From positions 761-64,760 of the forward strand of contig JAFVQD010000010.1 of assembly GCA_017504965.1 (NCBI GenBank): a stretch of 64,000 bases of DNA, given 5' to 3'. Shown here piece after piece: positions 7,101 to 18,283 of this stretch; within the stretch, counting starts at the first letter, position 1; each line of letters begins with the position of its first letter. The DNA is from Bacteroidales bacterium. GTDB lineage: Bacteria > Bacteroidota > Bacteroidia > Bacteroidales > UBA932. Made by a program: the position numbers and the translations under genes. Below the pieces are notes generated by a model. That model had not been told where the DNA came from, searched no databases, and worked only from the letters and a program-made list of their open reading frames with translations.

Positions 7101-9461
7101 CAGGATAGCCTCTGCTACGACATCTTCGACATAGTGCTGGATAGCCCTCTTTAGTGGTCTGGCTCCGAATCTCGGATCGTATCCCACATCTGCCAGGAAT
7201 CTCTTGGCCCCCTTTCTGAGTACCAGTTTGTATCCTGCCTCGTCGACCCTCTTATAAAGATCTGTGAGTTCTATGTCGATAATCTTCTCTATGTCCTCCT
7301 GTGTCAGCTCGTTGAAGAAGATCTGCTCGTCAAGTCTGTTGAGAAATTCCGGATTGAATGTTTTGTCCAGAGCCTTCTCGACGATAGATTTGTTTTTCTT
7401 CTCTTTGTCTGCGGCAGCTGTGTTCACATATCCGATGCCGCTACCAAAGTCTTTGAGTTCACGGCTCCCCACATTGGAGGTGAGGATAAGTACGGTATTT
7501 CTGAAGTCGATGTGGTGGCCGTTAGAGTCGGTCATTCGCCCTTCGTCAAGTACCTGAAGCAGGAGGTTGAATATGTCCGGATGGGCCTTCTCTATCTCGT
7601 CCAGAAGGACTACTGAGTAAGGTTTTCTCCTGACCCTTTCGCTGAGTTGTCCACCCTCTTTATATCCTACATATCCCGGAGGGGCTCCAATAAGTCTGCT
7701 CACTGCGAACTTCTCCATATACTCCGACATATCCACCCTTATCAGGCTCTCTTTTGAGTCAAACATAAATTCGGCAAGCTCTTTGGCCAGCTGTGTTTTA
7801 CCCACACCTGTCGGTCCCAGGAAAAGGAATGTGCCGATAGGTTTGTTGGGATCTTTAAGACCAGCCCTATTGCGTCGGATGGCTCTGACTATCTTCTCTA
7901 CCGCCTCGTCCTGTCCGATGATTTTCTTCTTGAGGGCCTGGTCCATAGTGAGGAGCTTGTTGCTCTCTGACAGGGCAATGCGGTTTACCGGGATGCCGGT
8001 CATAAGTGAGATTACTGATGCTATGTCATCCTGTCCGATGCCGATGGTGTTGGTCGCCTCTTTGGCACTCCATTTCTTCATCTCTGTGTGGTACCTCTTC
8101 TCCACGAGCCTTTCGGTGGTATGGATCTCTCCCGCTCTGGTAAAATCCTCTTCGAGAATGGCATCTTTTTTCTCTTGTTTGATCTCGTATAGGGCATTCT
8201 CCAAGTCGATGATTTTTTTGGGGACACTGAGATTTTTGACGTGTGCTCTTGCGCCAGCTTCGTCCATCGCATCGATAGCTTTGTCTGGTAGGCATCTGTC
8301 TGTTATATATCTGGTCGATAGTGAAATGCACGCTTTAAGGGCTTCGTCGCTATATCTCACACGGTGGTGCTTTTCATAGTATGGTTTGATGCTCTGGAGG
8401 ATGTGCAGGGTCTCTTCGTATGTAGATGGTTCGACCATCACTTTCTGGAAACGTCTTTCGAGCGCTCCGTCCTTCTCCACCACCTCGCGGAATTCGTCCA
8501 GAGTGGTGGCTCCGATACACTGGATCTCTCCACGTGAGAGGGCAGGTTTCAGGAGGTTTGCTGCATCAAGGGATCCTATTGCGCCACCGGCGCCGACCAG
8601 GGTGTGAAGCTCGTCGATGAAGAGGATGATATCTGGTTTGCTTTTAAGTTCGGTGATGATCGATTTGATCCTCTCCTCGAACTGTCCGCGGAATTTGGTC
8701 CCGGCCACGATCGATCCGATATCGAGAGATACCACCCTTTTGTTAAGCAGTGCCCTCGAAATTTTTTTCTTCGCAATACGGATGGCAAGTCCCTCCACTA
8801 TGGCAGATTTGCCCACACCGGGCTCACCGATGAGGATAGGGTTGTTTTTCCGTCTGCGGCATAGAATCTGGGCCAGGCGTTCGATCTCTTTATCGCGACC
8901 TACCACAGGGTCGAGCTTCTCCTCTTCGGCAGCTTTTGTAAGGTCGAAACTGTAGCTTTCAAGAGCTGAGGCCTTGGCTTTTTTTCTCGTGATGCTCTCC
9001 TCTTCGGCAGCGGGTTCTTCTGCTTTAGGTGCAGTGTCCAGCGAGACTATTATTGCTTCGGCAGTCATCCCCTGTTTTATAAGAAGATTGGCTGCCAATG
9101 AGTTATTGCATCGGATGATGGCCAGCAGCATCTGCACTGAGTCGGGCGAGGAGATTTTGTTGGCACGGGCAGAGATTATCATCTCTTTCAGGACATCGTG
9201 GACCTGATCGGAAAATGATATTTTGTCGGACTGCTCGAAAGGGATGATTTCCGGCTGGAGAAGCCCTTTGTTCAGACTCTCTTTCAGCCCGGGGATGTCG
9301 ATTCTGAACCTCTCAAAAAGTCGGTATGCAGCATTCTCCTTATGACGTATCATTCCGAGAATCAAGTGGTCAGGTGTGATGTCGTAACACCCTGTCCTCA
9401 TAGCCTCTTCGCGGGATATCCCTATTATCTCATTTATCTCTTTCGGTAGTCTCAAATTCAT
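7023..9461 (-). CDS. clpC: ATP-dependent Clp protease ATP-binding subunit (ClpC-type Hsp100)
   Basis: N-terminal Clp_N repeats and two AAA+ modules are present, with Walker A motifs [15 protein letters not shown] and [15 protein letters not shown]. The short middle region is ClpC-like, not ClpB-like. An IGY loop (GSGIGYV) sits where the ClpP-docking tripeptide is expected. Confidence 0.9.
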   Translation of the reverse strand: MNLRLPKEINEIIGISREEAMRTGCYDITPDHLILGMIRHKENAAYRLFERFRIDIPGLKESLNKGLLQPEIIPFEQSDKISFSDQVHDVLKEMIISARANKISSPDSVQMLLAIIRCNNSLAANLLIKQGMTAEAIIVSLDTAPKAEEPAAEEESITRKKAKASALESYSFDLTKAAEEEKLDPVVGRDKEIERLAQILCRRRKNNPILIGEPGVGKSAIVEGLAIRIAKKKISRALLNKRVVSLDIGSIVAGTKFRGQFEERIKSIITELKSKPDIILFIDELHTLVGAGGAIGSLDAANLLKPALSRGEIQCIGATTLDEFREVVEKDGALERRFQKVMVEPSTYEETLHILQSIKPYYEKHHRVRYSDEALKACISLSTRYITDRCLPDKAIDAMDEAGARAHVKNLSVPKKIIDLENALYEIKQEKKDAILEEDFTRAGEIHTTERLVEKRYHTEMKKWSAKEATNTIGIGQDDIASVISLMTGIPVNRIALSESNKLLTMDQALKKKIIGQDEAVEKIVRAIRRNRAGLKDPNKPIGTFLFLGPTGVGKTQLAKELAEFMFDSKESLIRVDMSEYMEKFAVSRLIGAPPGYVGYKEGGQLSERVRRKPYSVVLLDEIEKAHPDIFNLLLQVLDEGRMTDSNGHHIDFRNTVLILTSNVGSRELKDFGSGIGYVNTAAADKEKKNKSIVEKALDKTFNPEFLNRLDEQIFFNELTQEDIEKIIDIELTDLYKRVDEAGYKLVLRKGAKRFLADVGYDPRFGARPLKRAIQHYVEDVVAEAILSNRFSDGDTITLTLNRAKNDIVIVG

Positions 9462-9607
9462 ATATCTCCCTCCAATAAAGTCGCTAAAATAAATAAAATC
9501 TTTGATATGTTGAATCTGTAGGCTCTATTTCGTTTTCTTATTTGCTTAAAATGAATTTTTGTAGTAAATTAGCAGTTTGTAAATAAGATTAAAGAATTTA
9601 ATAAATA

Positions 9608-12103
9608 ATGGAAAACGAGGAAGTTAAGGGTAGAATTGTCCAGATTGACATAGAAAAGGAGATGAAGAGTGCGTATATAGACTATTCGATGTCTGTAATC
9701 GTGTCTCGTGCCCTGCCTGATGTCAGGGATGGACTTAAGCCGGTACACAGGAGAGTGTTGTATGGCATGTCGGAGTTAGGACTGAACTCGACCGGGGCGT
9801 ACAAGAAGTCTGCCCGTATCGTTGGTGAGGTAATGGGTAAGTTTCACCCGCACGGTGATGCGAGTATCTATGATACTATGGTGAGGCTTGCGCAGGATTT
9901 CAGTATGAGGTATATGCTTGTGGAGGGACAGGGTAACTTCGGATCTATCGATGGAGACCCACCTGCAGCGATGCGTTATACTGAGGCCAGATTCAGGAAG
10001 ATAGCTGAAGAGTGTCTGGCCGATTTGGATAAGAATACAGTTGATTTCAGACTGAACTTTGATGATACCATCCCTGAGCCTACAGTGCTCCCGTCTAAGG
10101 CTCCGCTTCTCCTTTTGAACGGTGCATCCGGTATAGCGGTAGGTATGGCGACAAATATGGCACCTCATAACCTGGGAGAGACAGCTGATGCCATCTGTGC
10201 GTATATTGACAACAATGAGATTACCACAGAGGAGCTGATGCAGCACATAAAAGGTCCCGATTTCCCTACAGGGGCGATTATCCAGGGTATTCAGGGTGTG
10301 AAGGAGGCATACGAGACAGGTCGCGGCAGAGTGGTGGTCCGCTCCAAGACCGATGTAGAGGTCTCTGATTCGGGAAGAGAGACCATCGTGGTGTCTGAGA
10401 TCCCTTATATGGTTAACAAGAAAGAGCTTATCGAGAAGATCGCAGAGCTCGTGGAAGAGAAGAAGATAGACGGTATTGCATATGTGAATGACGAGAGTGA
10501 CCATAAAGGTATGCGCATCGTTATCAAACTGAAGATGGGTGCTGTGGCAAATGTAGTGTTGAATACACTTTACAAGCTCACCCCTCTCCAGTCAAGTTTC
10601 TCCATAAACAATGTGGTTTTGGTAGATGGCCGTCCAAAGACACTCAGTCTGAGGGATCTTATCAAATATTTCGTGAAACACAGACACGAGGTGGTGGTAA
10701 GGAGAGCACAGTATGAACTGGAGCAGGCTCAGAAGAGGGCGCATATCCTGGAAGGTCTTCTTAAAGCACTTGACTTTATCGATGAAGTAATCGCCATCAT
10801 CAGGGCATCTGCTACACCTCAGGATGCAAAAGAGGCCTTGATGGCAAGATTCGATCTCTCTGAGATCCAGTCAAATGCTATCGTAGAGATGAGACTCCGT
10901 CAGCTCACAGGTCTCGAGAGATCAAGACTGCAGAACGAGTATGACGAGCTTATGAAGCAGATCGCACATTTGACAGAATTCCTGGCAAATGTGTCGCTTC
11001 AGATGGAGATGATCAAGACAGAGCTTCAGGAGCTCAAAAATAAATACGGAGATCCAAGGAGGACTCAGATAGAGTTGTCTGCAGAGGACTTTAACCCTGA
11101 AGACTTCTACCCTAATGAAGATGTGGTCATCACCATTTCACACTTGGGATACATCAAGAGAACACCACTTACAGAGTATAAGCTCCAGAACAGAGGCGGT
11201 GTGGGTGCCAAAGGTAGCACTACCCGTGAAGAGGACTTTATAGAGCATATATATGTGGCGAATATGCACAGCACTATGCTCTTCTTCACACAGAACGGCA
11301 AATGTTTCTGGCTGAAGGTGTATGAGATCCCGGAGGGTGCCAAAGCATCCAAGGGTAGGGCTATCCAGAATGTCATCAATATCGAACCTGAAGATAAGGT
11401 GTGTGCATATATAAATGTCCCTAACCTTACAGATCAGGATTACATTAACAATAACTACATCGTATTGGCTACCAAACGCGGTGTCGTGAAGAAAACATCT
11501 CTGGAGGCTTACTCAAGACCTCGTACCAATGGTGTGAATGCCATCACAGTCAGGGACGGGGATATGCTTCTCGAGGCAGCACTGACAGATGGTAACAGTG
11601 AGATCCTTCTCGCTGCGAGAAAAGGGAAGTGTGTAAGGTTCCACGAAGAGGATGCGAGGGCTATCGGAAGGACAGCTACCGGTGTAAGAGGTATCAATAT
11701 CGAGGATGATGATGAGGTGATAGGTATGATCACCGTGGAGGCTACAGATGAGGCCAGAGCACTTAACCATATCCTGGTAGTGAGCGAAAACGGATTCGGC
11801 AAAAGATCTGAAATCGATGAGTACAGACTGACCAGTAGAGGTGGTAAAGGTGTCAAGACTATCAACATCACAGAAAAAACTGGCGCGCTTGTTGCAGTGA
11901 AGAAAGTTACAGATGACAATGACCTGATGATCATTAACAAATCGGGTGTCACCATCAGGGTATCTGTTTCGGATATTAGACTTGCAGGCCGTGCTACACA
12001 GGGTGTCAAACTCATCAGCTTGCGCGAAGGTGACAGTATAGCTGCCGTATGTAGCGTAAATAAGAGCGAGGAGAAGCTCGTGGAAAATGGACAAGAATTA
12101 TAA
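9608..12103 (+). CDS. gyrA: DNA gyrase subunit A
   Basis: Canonical N-terminus [34 protein letters not shown] motif [17 protein letters not shown]. The active-site AAMRYTE Tyr and the C-terminal beta-pinwheel repeats are present. Confidence 0.98.
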   Translation: MENEEVKGRIVQIDIEKEMKSAYIDYSMSVIVSRALPDVRDGLKPVHRRVLYGMSELGLNSTGAYKKSARIVGEVMGKFHPHGDASIYDTMVRLAQDFSMRYMLVEGQGNFGSIDGDPPAAMRYTEARFRKIAEECLADLDKNTVDFRLNFDDTIPEPTVLPSKAPLLLLNGASGIAVGMATNMAPHNLGETADAICAYIDNNEITTEELMQHIKGPDFPTGAIIQGIQGVKEAYETGRGRVVVRSKTDVEVSDSGRETIVVSEIPYMVNKKELIEKIAELVEEKKIDGIAYVNDESDHKGMRIVIKLKMGAVANVVLNTLYKLTPLQSSFSINNVVLVDGRPKTLSLRDLIKYFVKHRHEVVVRRAQYELEQAQKRAHILEGLLKALDFIDEVIAIIRASATPQDAKEALMARFDLSEIQSNAIVEMRLRQLTGLERSRLQNEYDELMKQIAHLTEFLANVSLQMEMIKTELQELKNKYGDPRRTQIELSAEDFNPEDFYPNEDVVITISHLGYIKRTPLTEYKLQNRGGVGAKGSTTREEDFIEHIYVANMHSTMLFFTQNGKCFWLKVYEIPEGAKASKGRAIQNVINIEPEDKVCAYINVPNLTDQDYINNNYIVLATKRGVVKKTSLEAYSRPRTNGVNAITVRDGDMLLEAALTDGNSEILLAARKGKCVRFHEEDARAIGRTATGVRGINIEDDDEVIGMITVEATDEARALNHILVVSENGFGKRSEIDEYRLTSRGGKGVKTINITEKTGALVAVKKVTDDNDLMIINKSGVTIRVSVSDIRLAGRATQGVKLISLREGDSIAAVCSVNKSEEKLVENGQEL

Positions 12104-12106
12104 TTA

Positions 12107-13441
12107 ATGATTAAACTCAATATTATGAAAAAAATTCTACTAATTATTTCAGCACTGGCTCTAACCCTATCGTTAGGTGCACAGACTAAAGATGCAGTTC
12201 TTAAAAATGTCGAAAAGGCTAAAGCTACTGTAGAGAATCCCAAAAAAGCATCTAACCCTGCAGCATGGATGAAACTTGCAGAGACTTATGTAAGTGCATA
12301 CAACTATCCTCAGAGCGGTCTTTGGATCGGAGCTCAGGCTATGGAAGCCAAGCTTGTCCTTAAAGGTCAGCAAGTACTTTCTACTGAGACCAGAAATTGT
12401 TCAGGTATCGATTTTACCGTAGAGGTATACGAAGATAAAGAGGTTTATTTTAACCCGGATGGCCTTCTTGAGGTTATCAATGTTACCAAACCTATTATGG
12501 ATCAACCTCTTGAGTGTGCTTATGAAGCTCTTATGAAAGCATACGAAGTGGATGTTAAAAAATCTAAAAAAGAGGATATCGCTGAGCAGCTGACCAAACT
12601 CAGAGATATGTATATCAATGAGGCTATGGGTGCTTACACTCTTGGTGACATCAAGACTGCAAACAGCTACTTCGAGGCTTCTCTTAAAGTTCTGGACAAC
12701 CCTGTAGTGGAGAAAATCGACAGTATGATCGTATACTACACTGCTGTTACCTTCAATATGCTTGGTGACAAAGAGAATGCTGCCAAATATTTTGAGAAAT
12801 GTAAAGAGATCAACTACCACCAGGAAGGTGATGTGTTCTCTTCACTTGCTGAGATATACAAAGCTCAGGGCGATCTTGACAAAGCAAAAGCTACCCTTAA
12901 CGAAGGTTTTGCAGCTTATCCTACCAGCCAGGGTATCCTTGTATCTCTGATCAACATCTATCTTGAGAGCAACGATGATCCTAACAAAGTTCTTGAACTT
13001 ATCAGAACAGCTCAGGCTAATGAGCCTAACAACGCTTCTCTACACTATGCAGAGGGTAATGTTTACAAAAACCTTAAAGATCTTGACAATGCTATCAAAT
13101 GCTACTACAAATCATTTGAGATCGACCCTACATATGTATTCGGTATCTATACTGTAGGTTCTACTTACTATGACAGAGCTATCGAGATCCAGGAAGAGAT
13201 CAACGCATTGGACGTTAACGACTATGAGACTTATGACAAACTTATCGCTGAGTTTGAGAAGGCTCTTCTCGATGCTATCGATCCTTTTGAGAAAGCATTT
13301 GCTGCTACCAACGATAAAGAGTTCCAGTTGGCTATCGCTGACGGTTTGAAACAGATCTATTTCCGTTTCCGTGATAAAGATCCTAAATATCAGGAAGGTT
13401 TTGAGAAATACAATTCATTCCTTGAGGTTAACGAAGAGTAA
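12107..13441 (+). CDS. Tetratricopeptide-repeat protein (secreted; the start may be the ATG at 12125)
   Basis: Signal peptide MKKILLIISALALTLSLGAQ. Repeated A-x-x-Y-F/Y-x-K-A TPR-like units follow (NAAKYFEKCKEI, DKAKATLNEGFAAYP, DNAIKCYYKSFEIDP). Confidence 0.7.
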   Translation: MIKLNIMKKILLIISALALTLSLGAQTKDAVLKNVEKAKATVENPKKASNPAAWMKLAETYVSAYNYPQSGLWIGAQAMEAKLVLKGQQVLSTETRNCSGIDFTVEVYEDKEVYFNPDGLLEVINVTKPIMDQPLECAYEALMKAYEVDVKKSKKEDIAEQLTKLRDMYINEAMGAYTLGDIKTANSYFEASLKVLDNPVVEKIDSMIVYYTAVTFNMLGDKENAAKYFEKCKEINYHQEGDVFSSLAEIYKAQGDLDKAKATLNEGFAAYPTSQGILVSLINIYLESNDDPNKVLELIRTAQANEPNNASLHYAEGNVYKNLKDLDNAIKCYYKSFEIDPTYVFGIYTVGSTYYDRAIEIQEEINALDVNDYETYDKLIAEFEKALLDAIDPFEKAFAATNDKEFQLAIADGLKQIYFRFRDKDPKYQEGFEKYNSFLEVNEE

Positions 13442-13463
13442 TCAGGACTTTTAAACATAAAGT

Positions 13464-13495
13464 AGGGTGACCGCTTGGCCACCCTGTTTTTTTTT
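13464..13495. terminator. Bidirectional terminator between the TPR gene and the AI-2E transporter gene
   Basis: Hairpin agggtgacc/gctt/ggccaccct followed by a T9 run, located between convergent genes. Confidence 0.6.
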
Positions 13496-14603
13496 ACTCT
13501 TTATTGATGCTTTTGGTAATCTGCTGCACTATCTTCAGATGTGGGAGGAACTCTCCTGCTATCACCCTTATTACAGTATAAGAAGGTATTGCTATAAGCA
13601 TCCCGACCATCCCGCCGATATGACCACCCATCAGGATCACGATAAAAATCTCAAGTGGATGGGCTTTTACACTACTTGAGTAGATAAGTGGCTGGAAAAG
13701 GTAGTTGTCCACCAGCTGGGTGAAAAGGAATATGGCAAGGACTACGCCGGCAAACATCAGGAGGGATCCCCCGAAACCGCTTGCGGTATAGACAAGAAGG
13801 CTGGACAATACCGCTGTGATGTGACCGATAAATGGCCCTACATATGGAATGACATTAAGTATGCCTGAGATGCAGGCAAGCAGTATGGCAAAAGATGGTT
13901 CCATCTTGGCTATCAGCAGCAGCCCTATGAGGTTAATGGTAGCTACGCCTATAGATTCGCATAGAATACCTACAAAATATCTTGATAGCAGAGATGTGAT
14001 GGAAGTGGATGCTCTGCGGATATTCTCCTCATATTTGTCAGGAAGGATGGCTGCTATGATATTTGTGAATGTCCCCTCTTTACTCAGGAAGAAGAATGAT
14101 ATGAAGCAGATGGAGAAAACGGCTACAAACAGATCCATAAACACTCCCGCTACAGAAGATATGACACCAGAGACATTTCCTACTGTAGCTACCTCTTTCA
14201 TCTTATCTATCAGGATGCTCTCGATTCTGAAATCAGGGGTGAGTGTGGGGAATATTTTTATAATGAACTGGTTGATCTGGTTTAGAACCTCTTTTCCGCT
14301 CAGCCCCTCAGTGGTAAGTCCGCTGATCTGGGACCCTAACTGGCTTATGAATGGTGAAATAATCAGAGACAGTGAAAAAATGATTCCGAAAATCATCACA
14401 AGTGTGATGACAGCTGCTACCCACGATGGGATGGAAAAATTCCGAATCTTTATTCCTGTGATCTTTCTGACCACAGGTCTTCCTATCATAGCTATAACGG
14501 CAGAAACCACGATATAAACAAGGATGGATCTGAAATACCAGGTGAGAAATCCCACGATAAGGGTCGCTGCAGCGATGATGATATATCTGGACAGTTTATT
14601 CAT
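13494..14603 (-). CDS. AI-2E family transporter (PerM/YhhT-like permease)
   Basis: About 8 TM helices. The conserved C-terminal blocks LNVIPYVGPFIG and QLVDNYLFQPLIYSSSVKAHPLEIFIVIL are typical of the AI-2E / UPF0118 family. Confidence 0.8.
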   Translation of the reverse strand: MNKLSRYIIIAAATLIVGFLTWYFRSILVYIVVSAVIAMIGRPVVRKITGIKIRNFSIPSWVAAVITLVMIFGIIFSLSLIISPFISQLGSQISGLTTEGLSGKEVLNQINQFIIKIFPTLTPDFRIESILIDKMKEVATVGNVSGVISSVAGVFMDLFVAVFSICFISFFFLSKEGTFTNIIAAILPDKYEENIRRASTSITSLLSRYFVGILCESIGVATINLIGLLLIAKMEPSFAILLACISGILNVIPYVGPFIGHITAVLSSLLVYTASGFGGSLLMFAGVVLAIFLFTQLVDNYLFQPLIYSSSVKAHPLEIFIVILMGGHIGGMVGMLIAIPSYTVIRVIAGEFLPHLKIVQQITKSINKE

Positions 14604-14679
14604 AATAATGATTTTTGTGTTTCAAATATAGGTATTATTCCACTCTTTTCAATATATTTGTAATACCAATAATAATGAT

Positions 14680-16788
14680 ATGAAACGATTACTCTCTTTT
14701 ATTACGATTCTCACTATCTCTGCATCACTGCTTGCAGATGAAGGTATGTGGCTGCCGGCACTTATATCACAGAGGATAGGTGATATGCAGTCAAAAGGTT
14801 TCAAACTTACAGCAGAAGATATCTACAGTATTAACCAGGCGTCACTTAAAGATGCCGTAGTCCTTTTCAATAGGGGGTGTACAGGTGAACTTATTTCTGA
14901 TAAAGGTCTCCTCCTTACCAACCACCACTGCGGTTACAGCCAGATCCAGAAGCACAGTTCGGTGGAGCACGACTATCTGAAAGATGGTTTCTGGGCTATG
15001 ACTATGGAGGATGAGCTTCCAAATGAGAATCTGGTGGTCGACTTCCTCGAAAGGATGGAAGATGTGACCGACAAGGTCCTTGACGGATACACAGAAGGTA
15101 TGACAGAACTTCAGAGGGACTCTGTGGTTAAAGCAAACTCGAAAGAGCTTATAGCTGAAGCTACTAAAGAGGGTAAAGGTCTCAGAGCACAAGTGGAGGC
15201 CCTTTATTACGGCAACCAGTATTTCATATTCGTGTTCAGAACATTCTCTGATGTCCGTCTGGTGGGTGCACCACCTTCATCTATCGGCAAGTTCGGTGGC
15301 GACACTGACAACTGGATGTGGCCACGTCACACCGGAGACTTCTCGCTTTTCAGAATTTATGCCGACAAGGAGAATAATCCTGCCCCATATTCAGAGGATA
15401 ATGTTCCATATAAGCCTAAAAAGTACTTCAAAGTATCTGCAAAAGGGGTAAAAGAGGGTGACTTTACCTTTGTTTATGGCTTCCCCGGTAGTACCAGAGA
15501 GTATATCACATCCGATGCAGTGCACTACAATGCCGAGATTTCAAATCCTCACAAGATCAAACTGAGAACCCACAGACTTGATGCTCAGAGAAAGTATATG
15601 TCTAAAGACCAAGCTGTAAGAATTATGTATTCTGCGAAGAATGCCAGTGTCTCAAATGCCTGGAAGAAGTGGCAGGGTGAGATGAAGGGTATCAGAAAAA
15701 TGAATACGGTGGAGGTTAAGAAAGAGTATGAGAAAAGATTCAGAGAGTGGGCAAAAGGGACAGAGTATGAAGGTGTTCTGGATCAGCTCGCCGGTCTGTA
15801 TGCACAGCTGGAGCCATACTCATTTGCAAACGACTATTATCGTGAATCTGTCCTGGTGGTGGAGCTCCCCGCTTTTGCAAGGAGGATCCAGAGAATGGTG
15901 GAGAAAGGGGAGGACCCTTCGGCAGCCATCGCAGCATTCTATAAGGACTATTATCTCCCTATAGACAAAGAGTGCTTCATCTCTCTGGTCAAGGAGTTCG
16001 ATGCCAACGTCCCTGCATCATTCAAACCTGAGTATTTCACCAATACCCTGGCCCAATACCCCACAGTGGAGGCCTGGGCAGATGATATGTACACAAAATC
16101 GGCATTCATCTCTGAAAAGGATTTGAGTGCAGCTATCGCGATAGTTGGTGCAGCTCAAGGGGATCTGGCCAAAGCGATGGATGATGATCCTGCCATCAAG
16201 TTCTATAAAGCACTTGTGGACTTCTATAATGGGAGTATCTACCCGCAATATACCTCTATTAATAAGGAGATCACCTTACTCTATAGAGACTATATGAGAG
16301 GTCAGATGGAGTTCGACAAGGAGAAGGCTTTCTATCCCGACGCTAACCTGACACTTCGTGTCGCTTATGGCAAGATAGCTGGTTACAGTCCCTCTGATGC
16401 GGTATACTTCACCCCATCCTCATCTATCGAGGGTATTATGCAGAAAGATAACCCGGAGATCTTCGACTACAACATCCCTCAGGAGTTGAGAGATATATAT
16501 GCCCGTAAGGATTATGGTGAGTGGGTCAATGAAAACGGCACTATCCCTGTATGCTTCATCGCTACAAATCACACCTCAGGCGGCAACTCCGGCAGCCCTG
16601 TAATAGATGGCGATGGAAATCTGATCGGTCTGAACTTTGACAGAGTGTGGGAGGGAACTATGAGTGATGTGGTGTTTGATCCCGATGTATGCAGAAACAT
16701 CTCTCTGGATGTGAGATTTGTCCTGTTTACTATAGATAAGTTGGCCAAGAACCACAGACTCCTCGAAGAGATGGAGATTATCAGATAA
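14680..16788 (+). CDS. S46 family dipeptidyl-peptidase (DPP7/DPP11 family; DPP11-like Arg at the S1 specificity position)
   Basis: N-terminus ADEGMWLP after the signal peptide, catalytic His in LLTNHHC, catalytic Ser in GGNSGSPV. An Arg lies 18 residues after the Ser (NFDR). Confidence 0.88.
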   Translation: MKRLLSFITILTISASLLADEGMWLPALISQRIGDMQSKGFKLTAEDIYSINQASLKDAVVLFNRGCTGELISDKGLLLTNHHCGYSQIQKHSSVEHDYLKDGFWAMTMEDELPNENLVVDFLERMEDVTDKVLDGYTEGMTELQRDSVVKANSKELIAEATKEGKGLRAQVEALYYGNQYFIFVFRTFSDVRLVGAPPSSIGKFGGDTDNWMWPRHTGDFSLFRIYADKENNPAPYSEDNVPYKPKKYFKVSAKGVKEGDFTFVYGFPGSTREYITSDAVHYNAEISNPHKIKLRTHRLDAQRKYMSKDQAVRIMYSAKNASVSNAWKKWQGEMKGIRKMNTVEVKKEYEKRFREWAKGTEYEGVLDQLAGLYAQLEPYSFANDYYRESVLVVELPAFARRIQRMVEKGEDPSAAIAAFYKDYYLPIDKECFISLVKEFDANVPASFKPEYFTNTLAQYPTVEAWADDMYTKSAFISEKDLSAAIAIVGAAQGDLAKAMDDDPAIKFYKALVDFYNGSIYPQYTSINKEITLLYRDYMRGQMEFDKEKAFYPDANLTLRVAYGKIAGYSPSDAVYFTPSSSIEGIMQKDNPEIFDYNIPQELRDIYARKDYGEWVNENGTIPVCFIATNHTSGGNSGSPVIDGDGNLIGLNFDRVWEGTMSDVVFDPDVCRNISLDVRFVLFTIDKLAKNHRLLEEMEIIR

Positions 16789-16856
16789 AAAAAGAAGCCA
16801 GATCCTCAAATGACATGAACCCCGAAAGTTAGACAAAAAACTTTCGGGGTTTTGTT

Positions 16857-17399
16857 ATGTCAAAAAAATTAAAGAAACATGGCTATGCAGAAAGATTGAA
16901 GTATATGCATATGCTTGAGAATGGATGTAGTATTGAATATATCCACAAGAATCATGGAATAGACAAAGGCTTATTAGGTCAATTATGGGCACGTTATCAA
17001 TCAGAAGGGCCATCTGGATTGCTAAAAAAGCAAAATGTAAAGGCTGATTATGCCTTCAAGGTTAATATTGTTCGTGATATCGAAGAAAATCATTTAACTT
17101 TGGTGGATGCTTCATTGAAATACAATGTAAGTACTAGTCGAATAAATGTATGGCAGAGGATAGTCAGAACTCAAGGATATGATGCGTTGGCTAGCATCAA
17201 GCCAAGGGGCCGACCACCAAAGAACGATATGGGAAGACCAAGGAAAAAGAAACCAGAAGAGATGACGGAGCTGGAACGTCTCAGATACGAGAATGAGTGT
17301 TTGAGGGCAGAGAACGCTCTGTTAAAAAAAGTGAAAGCCTTAGTAGAGGAAAGAGAAGCCCGTCTCAGAGAGATTGGGCGGAAGCCATCCAAGAACTAA
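16857..17399 (+). CDS. IS3-family transposase OrfA (HTH plus leucine-zipper region)
   Basis: HTH-like N-terminus, a basic PRGRPPKNDMGRPRKKKPEE stretch, and a coiled LERLRYENECLRAENALLKKVKALVEE typical of IS3 OrfA. Confidence 0.88.
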   Translation: MSKKLKKHGYAERLKYMHMLENGCSIEYIHKNHGIDKGLLGQLWARYQSEGPSGLLKKQNVKADYAFKVNIVRDIEENHLTLVDASLKYNVSTSRINVWQRIVRTQGYDALASIKPRGRPPKNDMGRPRKKKPEEMTELERLRYENECLRAENALLKKVKALVEEREARLREIGRKPSKN

Positions 17400-18232
17400 G
17401 GCAGGAACATGATCTCGAGATCCTTCTCGAGAAGACAAGGATGGCCAGATCCACATTCTATTATCATACTAAAAGGCTGTCAGAACTTGACGGATATGAT
17501 GATGCCAGGACTGCAATCCGTAAGATATATGACCATCATAAAGGGCGTTACGGCTATCGTAGAATAACCTCTCAGCTGCGTAATGATGGTATACATCTTA
17601 ACCATAAGACAGTACAGAAGCTTATGGTGGAGATGAGTCTGTATGGTAAGAGAAAGAAGGCTAGATATAAGTCTTATAAAGGTGAGATAGGAAAGGTTGC
17701 TCCTAACGTAATAGACAGGGACTTTATTGCTACTGCTCCTAACCAGAAGTGGACAACTGATGTTACTGAAGTCAAGATAAAGGACAGGAAGATATATCTT
17801 TCTCCTATCCTGGACATGTTCAATGGAGAGATCATATCCTACACCATATCATACCATCCTGATCTTAAGATGGCTATGAAGATGTTGGACAAAGCGTTCA
17901 GGAAGACTGATATACCAGAAGGACTCATACTGCACTCTGATCAGGGATGGCACTATCAGCACCTGAGATATCAGAAAGCATTGAAAGATAGAAATATAGT
18001 ACAGAGTATGTCACGTAAAGGAAACTGCCTGGACAATGCGATGATGGAGAACTTCTTTGGACTTATGAAGTCAGAGTTGCTATATTTGCAGGAGTGGAAT
18101 AGCGTAGAGCAGTTCGCAAAGGAACTGGTTAAGTATATACGCTACTACAATAATGATAGAATCAAACTGAGGCTAAATGGAAAGAGCCCGGTGCAATACC
18201 GAGCTCTGTTCCAATCTAAGTCAGCCTCTTAA
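17297..18232 (+). CDS. IS3-family transposase OrfB (DDE/rve integrase core), expressed as an OrfAB fusion
   Basis: DDE triad context: WTTDVTE (D), LHSDQGWHY (D), NAMMENFFGLMKSE (E). It lies in the -1 frame relative to orfA. Confidence 0.9.
   Translation: MFEGRERSVKKSESLSRGKRSPSQRDWAEAIQELRQEHDLEILLEKTRMARSTFYYHTKRLSELDGYDDARTAIRKIYDHHKGRYGYRRITSQLRNDGIHLNHKTVQKLMVEMSLYGKRKKARYKSYKGEIGKVAPNVIDRDFIATAPNQKWTTDVTEVKIKDRKIYLSPILDMFNGEIISYTISYHPDLKMAMKMLDKAFRKTDIPEGLILHSDQGWHYQHLRYQKALKDRNIVQSMSRKGNCLDNAMMENFFGLMKSELLYLQEWNSVEQFAKELVKYIRYYNNDRIKLRLNGKSPVQYRALFQSKSAS
17324..17331 (+). promoter_or_regulatory. Programmed -1 ribosomal frameshift site (A AAA AAA G) joining OrfA to OrfB
   Basis: In the orfA frame the sequence reads TTA AAA AAA GTG. 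A slip by -1 continues as AGT GAA AGC..., which is exactly the orfB reading frame (SESLSRGKRS...). Confidence 0.8.
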
Positions 18233-18283
18233 TAATGTTAAACCGTCCAACTTTTGGGGGTCACATCAGAGGGGTCTTTTTTT

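Larger units (their letters stand above)
16811..18268 (+). mobile_element. IS3-family insertion sequence (IS150-like organisation), apparently intact
   Basis: Terminal inverted repeats are TGACATGAACCCCGAAAGTTAGAC (left) and the reverse complement of the right end, TGATGTGACCCCCAAAAGTTGGAC. These are TG...CA ends. They enclose orfA and a -1-frame orfB. No clean target-site duplication was found. Confidence 0.88.

Noticed and set aside
7264-9207. Multiple 60-200-aa ORFs antisense to or overlapping clpC.
   Set aside because: They lie within a gene whose two AAA+ modules are read unambiguously on the minus strand. They have no independent signals.
9776-12243. Long antisense ORFs inside gyrA (242 aa, 244 aa, 193 aa).
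   Set aside because: gyrA on the plus strand is unambiguous. The antisense translations are low-complexity (Ser/Leu/Ile-rich or His/Cys-rich) with no motifs.
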